A stretch of 64,000 nt of DNA, from positions 10,545 through 74,544 of the forward strand of contig CADBYI010000002.1 in assembly GCA_902798825.1 (NCBI GenBank), written 5' to 3'. Positions 63,278 to 64,000 of the stretch are shown here, in pieces. A program made the translations under genes and the position numbers. Below the pieces are notes generated by a model. It saw only the letters and a list, made by a program, of their open reading frames with translations, ran no database searches and was not told the origin of the DNA. Source of the stretch: an uncultured Eubacteriales bacterium. Lineage in GTDB: Bacteria > Bacillota > Clostridia > Christensenellales > CAG-138. Numbering within the stretch: position 1 is the stretch's first letter; the number at the start of each line of letters is the position of its first letter.

Positions 63278-64000
63278 GACTTGCCTCCCTGGGGCGTATA
63301 GGCTTCCATGCCCACCTGGTCAAAGGTGGTTCCCCCATAAACGGCCAAGGCCATATCCAGCATCGGCAGCAGGCACACGCCACCCGTGCCCTCGCCAAGA
63401 CGCATATTGGCAAAAATAATCGGATATTTATTCAGTATAGTCAGCACTCTTTTGGCAGCCGGCTCCTCGGAACAATGGCTGGCCACCATGGCGATATCCG
63501 CCCCCGGGCAGAGCTTTTGCGCTATCAGGGCAGCCACGGTGCTGATGAACCCGTCGATAATCACCGGCACCCCGTGGATGGCCCCGCCGATGAACAGGCC
63601 AGCCATGCCGCAGATATCCAGGCCGCCCAGCTTGCTAAGCACGTCCAAAGGGTCATTGGGGTCCGGCCGATTCACGGCGATGGCGCGCTCGATGGCCCAA
63701 ATCTTTCGCTGCAGCCCGGCGTCGCTCAGGCCCGCCCCCCGTCCGGTGACCGGCTCCGCCGGCAAGTTCAGCAGGGCCGCCACCAAGGCACTGGAGGTGG
63801 TGGTGTTGCCGATGCCCATCTCCCCGGAAATCAGCAAAGAATAGCCCTGCTCCTTCAGATCCTTTACCAGATCGACGCCATAGGCCATTGCCTGCAGGGC
63901 CTGCTCCCGGGTCATGGACGGGCGGCGCGCCATATCCTCCGTGCCGCTCATGACACGCCGGTTCAGAACTCCCTCCACCGGACGCACCATGCCGAAGTCC
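63274..64000 (-). CDS. cobT: Nicotinate-nucleotide-dimethylbenzimidazole phosphoribosyltransferase (5'-truncated by window edge)
   Basis: GEMGIGNTT, GRGAGL, IDGFIS, SHCSEE, MRLGEGTG. Confidence 0.93.
   Translation of the reverse strand, partial: DFGMVRPVEGVLNRRVMSGTEDMARRPSMTREQALQAMAYGVDLVKDLKEQGYSLLISGEMGIGNTTTSSALVAALLNLPAEPVTGRGAGLSDAGLQRKIWAIERAIAVNRPDPNDPLDVLSKLGGLDICGMAGLFIGGAIHGVPVIIDGFISTVAALIAQKLCPGADIAMVASHCSEEPAAKRVLTILNKYPIIFANMRLGEGTGGVCLLPMLDMALAVYGGTTFDQVGMEAYTPQGGKS

Overview
A GC-rich (about 60%, estimated by eye) chromosomal segment from a spore-forming Clostridia-type Firmicute (SASP and ylbJ present). It is mostly core genome: xdhABC, guaB, tRNA-Ala(CGC), pcrA-ligA, the yloC-gmk-rpoZ-priA...def-fmt-rsmB-rlmN-stp-prkC-rsgA-rpe block, mutS2/htrA with a two-component system, a sugar ABC importer, recG-yloV-yloU-yebC, exoA-maf-uvrC-trpS, EF-G2, ahcY, ctpA and the distal part of a cobamide nucleotide-loop operon. 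I saw no prophage, CRISPR array, transposase or integrase. The best leads are: (1) an AP-endonuclease-2/TIM-barrel gene closing a cobT-cobU-cobS-cobU'-cobC operon, a candidate CbiR-like cobamide remodeller; (2) a roughly 150-bp structured element after tRNA-Ala carrying both an inverted T-arm copy and a direct copy of the tRNA 3' end, followed by a lower-GC kinase; (3) an intact NagB homologue lacking its catalytic residues, in an operon with yebC; (4) several apparently leaderless genes and compact promoter/terminator overlaps; (5) a sugar-binding protein without a lipobox. Product calls come from motif recognition only; no database searches were run, so novelty is unverified.
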